A stretch of DNA of 64,000 bases from an uncultured Bifidobacteriaceae bacterium (GTDB taxonomy: Bacteria; Actinomycetota; Acidimicrobiia; IMCC26256; DASPTH01), in the NCBI GenBank assembly GCA_964505725.1, contig CAZDJK010000008.1, positions 506 to 64,505 on the forward strand, in the 5' to 3' direction. The stretch's first letter is position 1. Each line of letters starts with the position of its first letter. Position numbers and translations under genes: made by a program. The notes beneath the pieces are model-generated. The model was given only the letters and a program-made list of their open reading frames with translations, was not told the DNA's origin and ran no database searches. Positions 1 to 8,904 of the stretch are shown piece by piece.

Positions 1-1
1 C

Positions 2-88
2 AGCCCGCTCGCCGACCTCATCGACTTCGCCAGCGGCGTCTCGACGCCCATGTCGGCGATCGCCGCCAAGGGGATGCGCCACGACTGA
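2..88 (+). CDS. 3' end of an unidentified CDS cut by the window edge
   Basis: Open frame from the edge to TGA at 86-88 (...SPLADLIDFASGVSTPMSAIAAKGMRHD*). Third codon positions are almost all G/C, as in the clear genes here. Confidence 0.4.
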   Translation, partial: SPLADLIDFASGVSTPMSAIAAKGMRHD

Positions 89-130
89 GCGGGGCCACAC
101 TCGACCGGCGTGTGCCGGGAGTCCGGGCGC

Positions 131-1066
131 TCAGGCGCGGAGGGCGGCCCGGTAGTCGCGCCAGCGGCGCGGCAACCAGCAGTCCTGATCCTCGCCCCAG
201 CCCTGCCACCCGTCGCAGCGCCAGTCCATGAGGCTGTTCCAGCACAGCATCGACGGGTAGGTCTTGAACACGTTGTTGTTGACCGCGGTGCCCTCGGCCG
301 CGAACGTGCGGCCGAGGTCGTCGGTCGCCTCGATCGCGACCGTGATCGGGTGGCCCTCGTCGTCGCGCACGACGGAGCGGTGGCCCTCGTGCACCTCGGC
401 CCACACGCCGTCGCGCACGAAGAAGCCGGTCGTGACGTTCCACACGTCGGTCGCCTTGCACTGGGTCACCGCGAGGAACGCGCTGTCGGCATCGGCGGCC
501 GCGTAGTTGTAGCCGACGGTCGGCTGGCGGCCGTCCCGACGCGGCCCCCACGACCGGTCGCGCATCGCGAGGCAGTCGATCGCGGTCGTCTCGCCCTCGA
601 GCGTCATCTCACCCGTGAAACGGCAGATCTGGTCGATGTGGCCCTTGTTGAAGGGCGGCGTGCCGTTGGTGACGAGCGGCTTGATCACGCCCTCGACCTC
701 GAGGTGCAGCTCGAGGTCACGGCTCGTGTACCCCAGCTCGTAGCGGCGTGCCGGCTCGAGGCACTTGATCGTCATCCCGTTGGCCAACGCCGCGTCGCGC
801 AGGTCGAGGCCGTCGGGGATCTCCTGGTGCCAGTCGTAGTCGAACACCGGCACCTCCCACTCGACGTCGCCGCGGTCGTCGTAGACGACGACGCCGCCGA
901 ACTGCACGCCGATGTTGTGCCGGAAGACGGGATAGAAGTAGCCGATCATCTTCTTCTCGGGCACGAACCACGCGTTCCACCAGGTCTCGGTCCACCACCG
1001 GTCGTCGGTGCGAGGGTGGAACATGTCGTCTTCGGGCCTCAGGCCCCACTCGTCGAGATAGCTCAT
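131..1066 (-). CDS. conserved hypothetical protein (Trp/Asp-rich, no motif assigned)
   Basis: 311-aa ORF with balanced composition (not Arg/Pro-biased). ATGA start/stop overlap with the upstream gene at 1063-1066. Confidence 0.8.
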   Translation of the reverse strand: MSYLDEWGLRPEDDMFHPRTDDRWWTETWWNAWFVPEKKMIGYFYPVFRHNIGVQFGGVVVYDDRGDVEWEVPVFDYDWHQEIPDGLDLRDAALANGMTIKCLEPARRYELGYTSRDLELHLEVEGVIKPLVTNGTPPFNKGHIDQICRFTGEMTLEGETTAIDCLAMRDRSWGPRRDGRQPTVGYNYAAADADSAFLAVTQCKATDVWNVTTGFFVRDGVWAEVHEGHRSVVRDDEGHPITVAIEATDDLGRTFAAEGTAVNNNVFKTYPSMLCWNSLMDWRCDGWQGWGEDQDCWLPRRWRDYRAALRA

Positions 1067-2406
1067 CGGGCTCCCTTCGTCGACTCGGTGATCGGATCGC
1101 CGGTCATCGGCTCTTCGGTCGCGCCCAGGCCGATGCGCTGGGCGCGCTCGATCCGGCGTACTGCATTGGGCAGGGCCATGGCGGCGCGGTCCGCCGCGCG
1201 CGCCAGCACCGTCGCGACGGCGAGCAGCTCGTCACCCTCCGCGTGCTCGATGCGCGCCGGCAGCTCGCTTCGCGGGGGCAGGGCGCGGGCGCGGAGGTCG
1301 TCGTCGAACTCGGTGCGCTGCCATTCGTCCTGCGCCGCGCATTCACGGAGGTAGCCGACGACGATGGCCGACTCCTTCGACAGGTCGGTCGTCGCCAACA
1401 GATGCTCAGCCGGCTGCGTCGCCGGGGTGACCCGGCGCACCGGCACCTGGTCGAGCAGGTGGAGCGAGCTGCCGAGGAGTCGCAGCAGCTGTGCCCCGAG
1501 CAGGGCGTCGTAGGTGAGGATCACGATCGACTGGACGAGAGCGGCCGGCGTGGGCGGGCGGTGGAGGTCGGCGTACATGCCGACGCAGCTCTTGAACATC
1601 ACGAGCGCGAGGTGCCAGCGGAGTCGTTCGGGGTCGATCCGGCGCCCGGCTGCGGTCTCGTACTCGGCCACCCGCAAGCGTGGATCACCGAACGACGTGT
1701 GCGCGCCGCGCATCCAGAGCCACGCGACGTCCTCGTGCGGGTCGCCGACGTGCGCGAGCTCCCAGTCGAGCATGGCGGTCACCCGGCCGTGCTCGACCAT
1801 GAAGTTGCCCGCCCCGACGTCGCCGTGCACGAGAACCGGCCGCTCGTCGCTCGCGGGCAGCGTCGCGGCCAGCACGCGGGCCGCGAGTTGCAGGAGCGGC
1901 TCCTCCAGCGCGCCGCGCTCGTCAGCGTAAGCGGTCCACCACGCCAGCTCGTCGCCCAGCGCGTCGGTGGTGGTGGCGAACTGCTCGACCGGAAAGGCGC
2001 CGGGGTCGGCCGCGTGCACGCTCGCCACCAGCGCGAGGTACTCGGCCGCGACGGCCTCCGTCTCGTCGGGGTCGGGCCGGCTGGTGCCCGGCACCACGTT
2101 CATCAACAGGCCGGGAGGGTCGCCGGGCGTGCCGAGCAACGCGGGAACGGGCCAGCCCAGCGCGTCGGCCACCGCGAGCACCTCGGCCTCGCGGCGGAGA
2201 CCGTAGCGGCGTCCCGCGAAGCCGCTCTCGCAGCGGAGGAAGGCGACCGCGCCCGGAGTGCCGATGGTGTCGTACACCTCGTAGGCCAGGTGTCCGGCGC
2301 CGCCGGCGGGCGCGGGCCGTAGCTCCACCGCCCGAAGCCCGAGGCACGTCGCGACCTCGGCCTGCAACCCGTCCAGGCCTTCCGCCACGACGCCCGCCCC
2401 GGACAC
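1063..2406 (-). CDS. phosphotransferase family protein (aminoglycoside/choline kinase-like fold)
   Basis: APH-type catalytic block LVHGDVGAGNFMV...MLDWELAHVGDPHEDVAW. GTG start at 2406, 7 nt after the amidase stop. Confidence 0.85.
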   Translation of the reverse strand: MSGAGVVAEGLDGLQAEVATCLGLRAVELRPAPAGGAGHLAYEVYDTIGTPGAVAFLRCESGFAGRRYGLRREAEVLAVADALGWPVPALLGTPGDPPGLLMNVVPGTSRPDPDETEAVAAEYLALVASVHAADPGAFPVEQFATTTDALGDELAWWTAYADERGALEEPLLQLAARVLAATLPASDERPVLVHGDVGAGNFMVEHGRVTAMLDWELAHVGDPHEDVAWLWMRGAHTSFGDPRLRVAEYETAAGRRIDPERLRWHLALVMFKSCVGMYADLHRPPTPAALVQSIVILTYDALLGAQLLRLLGSSLHLLDQVPVRRVTPATQPAEHLLATTDLSKESAIVVGYLRECAAQDEWQRTEFDDDLRARALPPRSELPARIEHAEGDELLAVATVLARAADRAAMALPNAVRRIERAQRIGLGATEEPMTGDPITESTKGAR

Positions 2407-2413
2407 CGAGCCC

Positions 2414-3802
2414 TCAGTCGACCGGTCGCTCGGGGCGCGGGAAGGCCTCCTGGAACGCCTGCGCGACCCGGAACATGCGCGCGTCGGTGCCCGGACGCCC
2501 GATGATCTGGAGCCCGACTGGCAGGCCGTCGACGAACCCGCACGGCACGCTGAAGGCCGGCAGCGAGCACCAGTTCTGCAGCATGGCGTGGCTCACGTAC
2601 GTCGCCGCGAACGTGCCGTGGGTGTACCGCTCGCCGTCAGTGGTCCACGCCGCGTTCCAGTCGTCGACCGCACGCGCGGTGAGTTGGGCAGTTGGTGCGA
2701 GCAACACGTCATGGCTGTCGAAGACGCGCAGGAAGCGGTCGAGGTTGCGGCCGCGCGCGTCGGTCATCGTGATGTACTCGTCCTCGTCGGGACGCTCGCC
2801 CATCATCCGACCGCCGCTGCCGAACATGCGCGACGTCGTCTGGAAGTGGTCGAAGAAGTCCTCCCACACGGTGTCCGTCGGCTCGACGGTCGCACCGAGC
2901 GAGCTGAACCCGTGCGCCGCGTCACGCACCGCCGCGATCACCCGCGGGCTCTCCTCCAACGCGTACATGGAGGCGAACCCGAAGTCGTCGGTCCAGGCGA
3001 AGCGCATGCCGTCGACCCCGTCGCCGATCCCCGACACGCAGTCGAACGACCAGTCCTGGAGGCTGAAGAAGTCGCGCCCGTCGGGTCCAGCGAGGGCCTG
3101 GGTCATGACGGCCGCGTCGCGCACCTCGCGCGTGAGCGGTCCGGTGCTCGCGGTGAGGGCGATCGAGGGCGCGTGCGCATACCGCCACGGGATGCGACCC
3201 GGGGTGGCGGCGACACCGACGACGCCCGAGTACGCCGCGGGCAACCGCGTGGACCCACCGCCGTCGGACCCGAGCGCGAGAGGTACCATGCGCGAGACGG
3301 TCGCGGTCGCCGACCCCGAGCTCGACCACCCGGGCACCCGGGTCTGGTCCCACGCGCTGCGCGCCTCGACATCCCAGTTGAAGACCTCTCCCCGCTTCCG
3401 CGCCTCGCGCATCCCCGAGCCCATCTCGGTGTTGGTGCCGACGATCACCGCGCCCGCGGCGCGTAACCGCTCGACCTGGATGTCGTCCCGCGGCGCCACC
3501 GGCACGTGCCGCTGGGTCGCCATGTCGAAGTAGGGCAGGCCCTCGACCGAGATGTGGTCCTTGATCGACACGGGGATGCCGTGCAGCGGCCCCAGCTCGT
3601 CGCCGTCGAGCACCGCTCGCTCGGCGCGCTTCGCCTGAACGCGTGCCGCTTCGGCGTCGACCACCTGGAAGGCGTGCAGCCTGGGTTCGAGCTCCTCGAT
3701 CCGGCCGAGGAAGTGCTCGGTGACCTCGATCGGCGACACCTCGCGGTTCGCGATGAGCGCCGCGATCTCGTGAGCAGGCAGCCAGGTCAGCTCCGTGGTC
3801 AC
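2414..3802 (-). CDS. amidase (amidase-signature family)
   Basis: AS-family blocks IPVSIKDHISVEGLP and GWSSSGSATATV. GTGA overlap with the upstream gene at 3799-3802. Confidence 0.85.
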   Translation of the reverse strand: MTTELTWLPAHEIAALIANREVSPIEVTEHFLGRIEELEPRLHAFQVVDAEAARVQAKRAERAVLDGDELGPLHGIPVSIKDHISVEGLPYFDMATQRHVPVAPRDDIQVERLRAAGAVIVGTNTEMGSGMREARKRGEVFNWDVEARSAWDQTRVPGWSSSGSATATVSRMVPLALGSDGGGSTRLPAAYSGVVGVAATPGRIPWRYAHAPSIALTASTGPLTREVRDAAVMTQALAGPDGRDFFSLQDWSFDCVSGIGDGVDGMRFAWTDDFGFASMYALEESPRVIAAVRDAAHGFSSLGATVEPTDTVWEDFFDHFQTTSRMFGSGGRMMGERPDEDEYITMTDARGRNLDRFLRVFDSHDVLLAPTAQLTARAVDDWNAAWTTDGERYTHGTFAATYVSHAMLQNWCSLPAFSVPCGFVDGLPVGLQIIGRPGTDARMFRVAQAFQEAFPRPERPVD

Positions 3803-5031
3803 GCCCGCGCCCTCTCGCTCGTCGCGGTTCCGGCAGCCGCACCGTGGTCGGTGCCGAGGATACGGTCGAGGTTGCCGCCCATCACCTTCGCGATGTCGGC
3901 CTCGGGGAGCCCGACGAGATGGTCGGCGAAGTCGAGCGGGTTCGCCTGCCCCTCGGGGTGCGGGAAGTCGGACCCGAACACTGCCGCGTCCGCGCCCACC
4001 AGCCGGGTGAGCTCGACCGGATCACGATCGCGGAAGAGGTGGACCTTGACGTTGCGCTTGACCTGCTCGACGGGGTCCTCCTCGAAGTAGGGGCGACCCG
4101 CCGCGTACACCTCGCCCAGCCGCGTGATGGTCGGCCGCACCCATCCCGTGCCCTGCTCCGCGGGCAGGATCTGCAGCTCCGGGAACCGGCTCAGCAGCCC
4201 GTGGCACACGAGCGACGCGACGAGGTCGCCGGTGATCCGCTCGTAGCCGTTGCCCATCACGAACATGCGGAACGCCATCGACCCCTTGCTGCGCTGCTTG
4301 AAGTGCTCGACCTCGGCGTCGGGTGTGCCTTCCCACTCGTTGACGTAGCGGTCCTGGCCGCCGTCGCCGGAATGCATGCCCACGACGACACCGGCCTCCA
4401 CGACCTTGGCCCAGAACGGGTCGAACTCGGGGAGCGCCATCGACTTGCGGCCGCGGTCGGTCGTCACGAACCCGGGCTGCACGTAGATGATGCGGGCGCC
4501 GTGGTCGACCACCCACTCGAGCTCGGCGATCGCCTGGTCGAGGATGCTCAACGTCACCAGCGGCGCCGGGAACAGCGCGCCCTCGTAGTCGAACGTCCAT
4601 TGGTCGAGCAGCCAGCGGTTGTAGGCGTGCACCATCACGTGGCGACCCTCCGTGTCGCCGCGGAGGCGTTCCTCGAGTGACAAGCCGAGTGTGGGGAACA
4701 GCACCGCACGGTCGATGCCGGTCTCGCGCATCCACCGCAATCGCGGCTCCGGCTCGAAGAACTCGGGCGGGCTCACGATGATGCGCGGCTTGTTGTCGAT
4801 GTCGTCGTAGTAGCCCGGTGGTGGCACCTTCTCGAGCGTCGGATTCGGCAGGATGAAGGCGAGCTTCTCCTTGACCACCAGCGTGACGCGACCCTCGATC
4901 TCGACGAACCGAATCATGTCGGCCCGCTCGGGCGGCAGATAGCGCGTGAAGGCGTCCCTCGTCTCGTACAGGTGGTTGTCGGCATCCGCGATCGGGTAGC
5001 CGGCGGTGCCGTGCGCCGCGACGTCGTCCAC
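3799..5031 (-). CDS. amidohydrolase-2 family metal-dependent hydrolase
   Basis: N-terminal IADADNHLYE metal-ligand motif and a TIM-barrel hydrolase-like sequence. GTG at 5031 preceded by GGAGGGAG. Confidence 0.8.
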   Translation of the reverse strand: MDDVAAHGTAGYPIADADNHLYETRDAFTRYLPPERADMIRFVEIEGRVTLVVKEKLAFILPNPTLEKVPPPGYYDDIDNKPRIIVSPPEFFEPEPRLRWMRETGIDRAVLFPTLGLSLEERLRGDTEGRHVMVHAYNRWLLDQWTFDYEGALFPAPLVTLSILDQAIAELEWVVDHGARIIYVQPGFVTTDRGRKSMALPEFDPFWAKVVEAGVVVGMHSGDGGQDRYVNEWEGTPDAEVEHFKQRSKGSMAFRMFVMGNGYERITGDLVASLVCHGLLSRFPELQILPAEQGTGWVRPTITRLGEVYAAGRPYFEEDPVEQVKRNVKVHLFRDRDPVELTRLVGADAAVFGSDFPHPEGQANPLDFADHLVGLPEADIAKVMGGNLDRILGTDHGAAAGTATSERARA

Positions 5032-5113
5032 GAGGACTCCCTCCGTGAGTCGGCTGCGACGATGCTATGTTTCAACGCCGTTGACTGCAGCGGTGGCCGT
5101 GGAGGGGTGTCGA

Positions 5114-6175
5114 ATGGGCGACGAGACCGACGTCGTCAAGGTGCACGTCCGCGGCGCCATGCCGCCGCTGATCCCCGAGCTCGCCGCGTTGATGCCGGAG
5201 TCGCCCGAACTCGTCGACCGGCTGGCGAGCGAATTCGGGCCGACAGCCTCCACGTTGTCGACCCCGCAGGCCTACTGGGTCGGCTTCAACGGCTGGATGA
5301 CCGACCGGCTTTCGGGCTCGATCATGCAGGGCACCGTCGCCCCCGACGAGGTCGGTGCGCAGGCGTGGGCGATCTACGCCACGAGCGCCTGGGGCGGCAT
5401 GGAGCTGCGCGAGCACTGGGGCACGCCGCCGGTCATCGCCGCCATGGGTGAGGACGCGCCGAAGCCCCCGTTCGCCGACGTGCAGCAGGGTGTCGTCGCG
5501 CTCATGACCGAGCGCATGGGGGCGCTGCGCGCGGGCGGCGAAGCGAGCCTGCGACTCCTGCCGTCGATCCTGCGCGAAGCCTCGACGTCGGGCCCGATCC
5601 ACGGCGTCGGCTACAACGCCGGCGTCCAAGTAGTGAAGACGGAGGACCCGCCGATCGGGCAGCGGCGCCCCCACCGCCGGCCCAAGCCGGGCGCCGTCCG
5701 GATCAACGGGCGCGACTTCCTGCGTGTGGACTACGACATGCCGACGCCCTCCTACTTGAAGGAGTGGCGTTCGGCGTTCGAGCGGTCGGTGGCGTTGCAC
5801 CCCGACGCCTACGAGCAGCTGCTCGCGGGGGGCGAGGACGATCCCGATCTCCGAGAGCTGTGGCGGAACGCGGTGGCCTTCGGCAATGTCACGTGGGGGG
5901 GCGACTCCCAGGACGGCTGGACCGACACGTACTGGGAGGAGACCATCCGCTGGAGCTCCATCCTGACCTTCGGCATGGAGGCCGCGGGCATGGCTGCATT
6001 CGTCGCGCTGCTCGAGGGCGACGCCGACGCAGCCATGCGTGCGGTGATGTGCAACGCGCTCTACCTCGGGGCCACCCCGGGGTGGTTCGTCGGCTTGCTG
6101 GACACGGGCGCGGTGCTGCCCGAGGTGACCCGGGGAGAGGCGCGGGGCAGGGGTCGTAGCCGTCAGGATCGGTAG
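5114..6175 (+). CDS. hypothetical protein
   Basis: ATG at 5114 with GGAGGGG at 5101-5107; the track start at 5006 looks like an extension. The last ~25 codons are Arg/Gly-rich, so the 3' end may not be native. Confidence 0.6.
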   Translation: MGDETDVVKVHVRGAMPPLIPELAALMPESPELVDRLASEFGPTASTLSTPQAYWVGFNGWMTDRLSGSIMQGTVAPDEVGAQAWAIYATSAWGGMELREHWGTPPVIAAMGEDAPKPPFADVQQGVVALMTERMGALRAGGEASLRLLPSILREASTSGPIHGVGYNAGVQVVKTEDPPIGQRRPHRRPKPGAVRINGRDFLRVDYDMPTPSYLKEWRSAFERSVALHPDAYEQLLAGGEDDPDLRELWRNAVAFGNVTWGGDSQDGWTDTYWEETIRWSSILTFGMEAAGMAAFVALLEGDADAAMRAVMCNALYLGATPGWFVGLLDTGAVLPEVTRGEARGRGRSRQDR

Positions 6176-6387
6176 GAAGGATGTTGCCGTTCATGTCCTC
6201 GATGTTCTCGAAGCTGGCGGCGACGCCCTTCTTCGAGACCGTGTTCGGGAGACCGGTGTACGGGTTGCTCTTGACGTCCTTCATCACGATCGGCTGACCG
6301 ACGAGCTTCGCGGTGCTACCGACGAGTTGGGAAGAGGCCGATCATCGGGTGAAAAGTCGGATGGGCCTCGGTCATCGCGACCTTCAT
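6150..6387 (-). pseudogene. 5' fragment of an unidentified gene, frameshifted and truncated
   Basis: AGGAGG (6390-6395), then MKVAMTEAHPTFHPMIGLFPTRR* in one frame. It continues in another frame as ...AKLVGQPIVMKDVKSNPYTGLPNTVSKKGVAASFENIEDMNGNILPTDPDGYDP with high GC3. Protein-like sequence ends where the convergent gene 5114..6175 ends. Confidence 0.35.
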
Positions 6388-6454
6388 CACCTCCTGCACG
6401 CAAATGGTCCCGGTGGACGAGGTGCGAGTTCGGACCTTGCTTCGGATCGGGGAA

Positions 6455-8101
6455 TCAGCTCCCGAACCGGAGATAATCGTGGACCGATCTCACGGCCGCC
6501 GATCCTTCACCAACGGCTGCGGCCACCCGCTTGGTCGATCCGGAGCGAAGATCGCCGACCGCGAACAACCCGGGGTGGCTGGTCTCGAAGGCGAGCGGAC
6601 GTCGGCCCAGGTCGTTCCACCGGCCGTCAAGCTGGCTCTCGAGAAGAGATCGGTCGGTCAGGACGAACCCGCGGTCGTCGAGGGTGGCACATCCGGAGAG
6701 CCAGCCGGAAGCGGGCTCTGCACCGATGAAGGAGAACAGTCCGGCGACCGGCACGGACCTCTCCCCTCCCGCCCCAGACAGGCGCACAGCACGGAGCGAC
6801 CGCTCGCCCTCCAGACCGACGACCTGGGTTCGGGTCAGCACCTCGATGTGCGGGTGGCTGTCGAGCCGGTCGACGAGGTAGCGGGACATCCCTGCGTTCA
6901 GGTCCGCACCCCGGATCACCACCGTCACCTGGCTCCCCTGTTCTGCCAGGAACACTGCCGCCTGCCCGGCCGAGTTGCCGCCCCCGACCACGATCACGGG
7001 CTCACCGGAACACTGGCGCGCCTCGAGGTCCGTGGCGGCGTAGTACACCCCGCTGGACTCGAACTCGGAGAGCCGGTCCACCTCCAGTCGCCTGTAGCGC
7101 GCACCGGTGGCCGCGATGACGGCGCGGGCCACGAGCTCCGTGCCATCGGCCAGCTCGGTGACGAGATGGCCTGCTAGTTCCCGTAGGCCCGCCACTGCGC
7201 AGGGGGCACTCAGGGAGGCACCGAACTTCTCGGCCTGCACGAGCCCGCGCTGGGTGAGGTCGCTCCCGGAGATGCCGGTGGGGAAGCCGAAGTAGTTCTC
7301 GATGCGTGAGCTCGTTCCTGCCTGACCGCCCGGGGCAACCATGTCGACACAGATCGTGCGCAACCCTTCGGATGCCCCGTAGACGGCGGCGGCGAGGCCG
7401 GCCGGCCCACCACCCACGACGACGAGATCGACGCACCGCTCCGGCACGTTGGCGACGGTGAGCCCGAGGTACTCGGAGAGTGCGCCCGGGCTGGTCCGGC
7501 GCAGGACCTCGCCGGAAGAGATCACCACCGGCAGGTCGGTCGGTTCGATCTGGAATTGCTCGAGCAACGACTCCACCTGCGGATCGGTGTCGGGGTCGAG
7601 CCACTGGTAGGGCAGGCGCGTTCTCGCCAGGAACTCCCGGATCTGGAGGGTCTCGGGTGAATACCGCGAACCGATCACGCGCGTCGTTGCGGCCGCGCCG
7701 GTGATGAGGTCGGCTCGCCGCGCGATGAAGGTGGCCAGGATCTTGTCGCTCAGCCGGGGTTGGGCCGCGATGATCCTGCGGAGGGTCTCGACCGGCACGG
7801 CCAGCACCTCGCCCGGCTCAGCCATGCGGGCGCTCACGAACACCCGGAGCCCGGTCAACAGGTTCAGCTCACCGAGGAACCGCCCGGGAACATGGGTCGC
7901 GATGACGCGACCTTCACCGTCGGCATCGAGCAGGATCTCCACCCGCCCTGACAGCACGACATAGAAGTCGTAGCCCGTGTCGCCCGCCCGGTAGAGGTAG
8001 TCGCCGGCGTCGACCTCTCGGCGGGTACCCAACGGCTCGAGGAGGGCGAGGTCAGCCGCATCGAGGGTCGGGATCGAGCTGTCCGCGTCACTCATCGACA
8101 T
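6455..8101 (-). CDS. cyclic-nucleotide-binding domain fused to a thioredoxin-reductase-like FAD/NAD(P) oxidoreductase
   Basis: N-terminal cNMP-binding beta-barrel (FLGELNLLTG...). FAD motif VVVGGGPAGLAAAVYGASEGL and NAD(P)H motif VIVVGGGNSAGQAAVFLA. Confidence 0.85.
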   Translation of the reverse strand: MSMSDADSSIPTLDAADLALLEPLGTRREVDAGDYLYRAGDTGYDFYVVLSGRVEILLDADGEGRVIATHVPGRFLGELNLLTGLRVFVSARMAEPGEVLAVPVETLRRIIAAQPRLSDKILATFIARRADLITGAAATTRVIGSRYSPETLQIREFLARTRLPYQWLDPDTDPQVESLLEQFQIEPTDLPVVISSGEVLRRTSPGALSEYLGLTVANVPERCVDLVVVGGGPAGLAAAVYGASEGLRTICVDMVAPGGQAGTSSRIENYFGFPTGISGSDLTQRGLVQAEKFGASLSAPCAVAGLRELAGHLVTELADGTELVARAVIAATGARYRRLEVDRLSEFESSGVYYAATDLEARQCSGEPVIVVGGGNSAGQAAVFLAEQGSQVTVVIRGADLNAGMSRYLVDRLDSHPHIEVLTRTQVVGLEGERSLRAVRLSGAGGERSVPVAGLFSFIGAEPASGWLSGCATLDDRGFVLTDRSLLESQLDGRWNDLGRRPLAFETSHPGLFAVGDLRSGSTKRVAAAVGEGSAAVRSVHDYLRFGS

Positions 8102-8189
8102 GGAGGGTATCGGGACTCCCTTGATCGGCAGATTGCCCTCACCCGGGCGTGATCACGGGAGCGGTCGACTGAACCGGTCGATCGTCGAC

Positions 8190-8580
8190 TGATCACGTGA
8201 CGGACGACGCGGCGCGCGTCGCGCCCGACGCCGGTGACGGTCTCTGAAGTCGCCGAGTATTGGAACAGCAACCCGACGAACTACAGGCCCGGTTGGTCGC
8301 GCACGAAACCGCGCTCATGGATCGGCTCCTGCCCGTCGCCGAACACCGGCAGATCGATCCACGAGAAGCCGGTCCGTATCCCGTGCACCAGAGATCACGT
8401 TGGCAACATCGAGTGTCTCGCCGTCGGCGGTCACGGGCAGCCCGTCCTGCACCTCGACGATACGGCCCACTCGAGCGACGCCGGCGTCGCTGAGGTCCGT
8501 CGGCTTCACGCGGATGAGCGGCGTCGCGCGCGAGACGAACCCCGGGCGCGCCTTGCGTCCGATCGGCGTTCAGAGGGTGA
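8190..8580 (-). pseudogene. C-terminal remnant of a CzcO-like flavin-dependent monooxygenase/oxidoreductase
   Basis: Spread over three frames: ...TPLIRVKPTDLSDAGVARVGRIVEVQDGLPVTADGETLDVANV / LWCTGYGP / GFSWIDLPVFGDGQEPIHERGFVRDQPGL*FVGLLFQYSATSETVTGVGRDARRVVRHV. That is two frameshifts plus an in-frame TAG where family members have PGLYF. The N-terminal ~250 aa are absent. Confidence 0.6.
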
Positions 8581-8682
8581 GCACGTGGTGGCCGCCTTCA
8601 TCCGGACGCGGGCGAACCGATCTGGACCCGACGCCGCCCCACGTGTTGTCATACACAGGACCCGGCTCTGAGGGGGACTGTG

Positions 8683-8904
8683 ATGCGACGGCGCTTCTAC
8701 ATCGAGGGAGGGCTCGCCGTACTCGCGGGCGTGCTCGCGATCGTCACTCTGTTCTGGCACGACTGGATCGAGACCGTGTTCCGTGTCGATTCGGACGAAG
8801 GCAGCGGCGCGTTCGAATGGGCCATCGTCATTGTGCTCGCACTCGTCGCGATCGGACTCGCCGTCGCCGCACGCGTCGAATGGCGGCGCTCGGCCACGAC
8901 CTAG
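8683..8904 (+). CDS. small two-helix membrane protein
   Basis: 73-74 aa with two hydrophobic helices flanking WHDWIETVFRVDSDEGSGAFEW. GAGGGGG lies upstream of ATG 8683 (GTG 8680 is an alternative). Its stop shares the palindrome CTAG (8901-8904) with the convergent gene. Confidence 0.55.
   Translation: MRRRFYIEGGLAVLAGVLAIVTLFWHDWIETVFRVDSDEGSGAFEWAIVIVLALVAIGLAVAARVEWRRSATT

Noticed and set aside
110-1354. 414-aa plus-strand ORF; also 52321-54810 (829 aa, minus) and 32636-34981 (781 aa, minus)
   Set aside because: These are Arg/Pro/Gly-rich shadows running across several well-supported genes on the other strand or frame.
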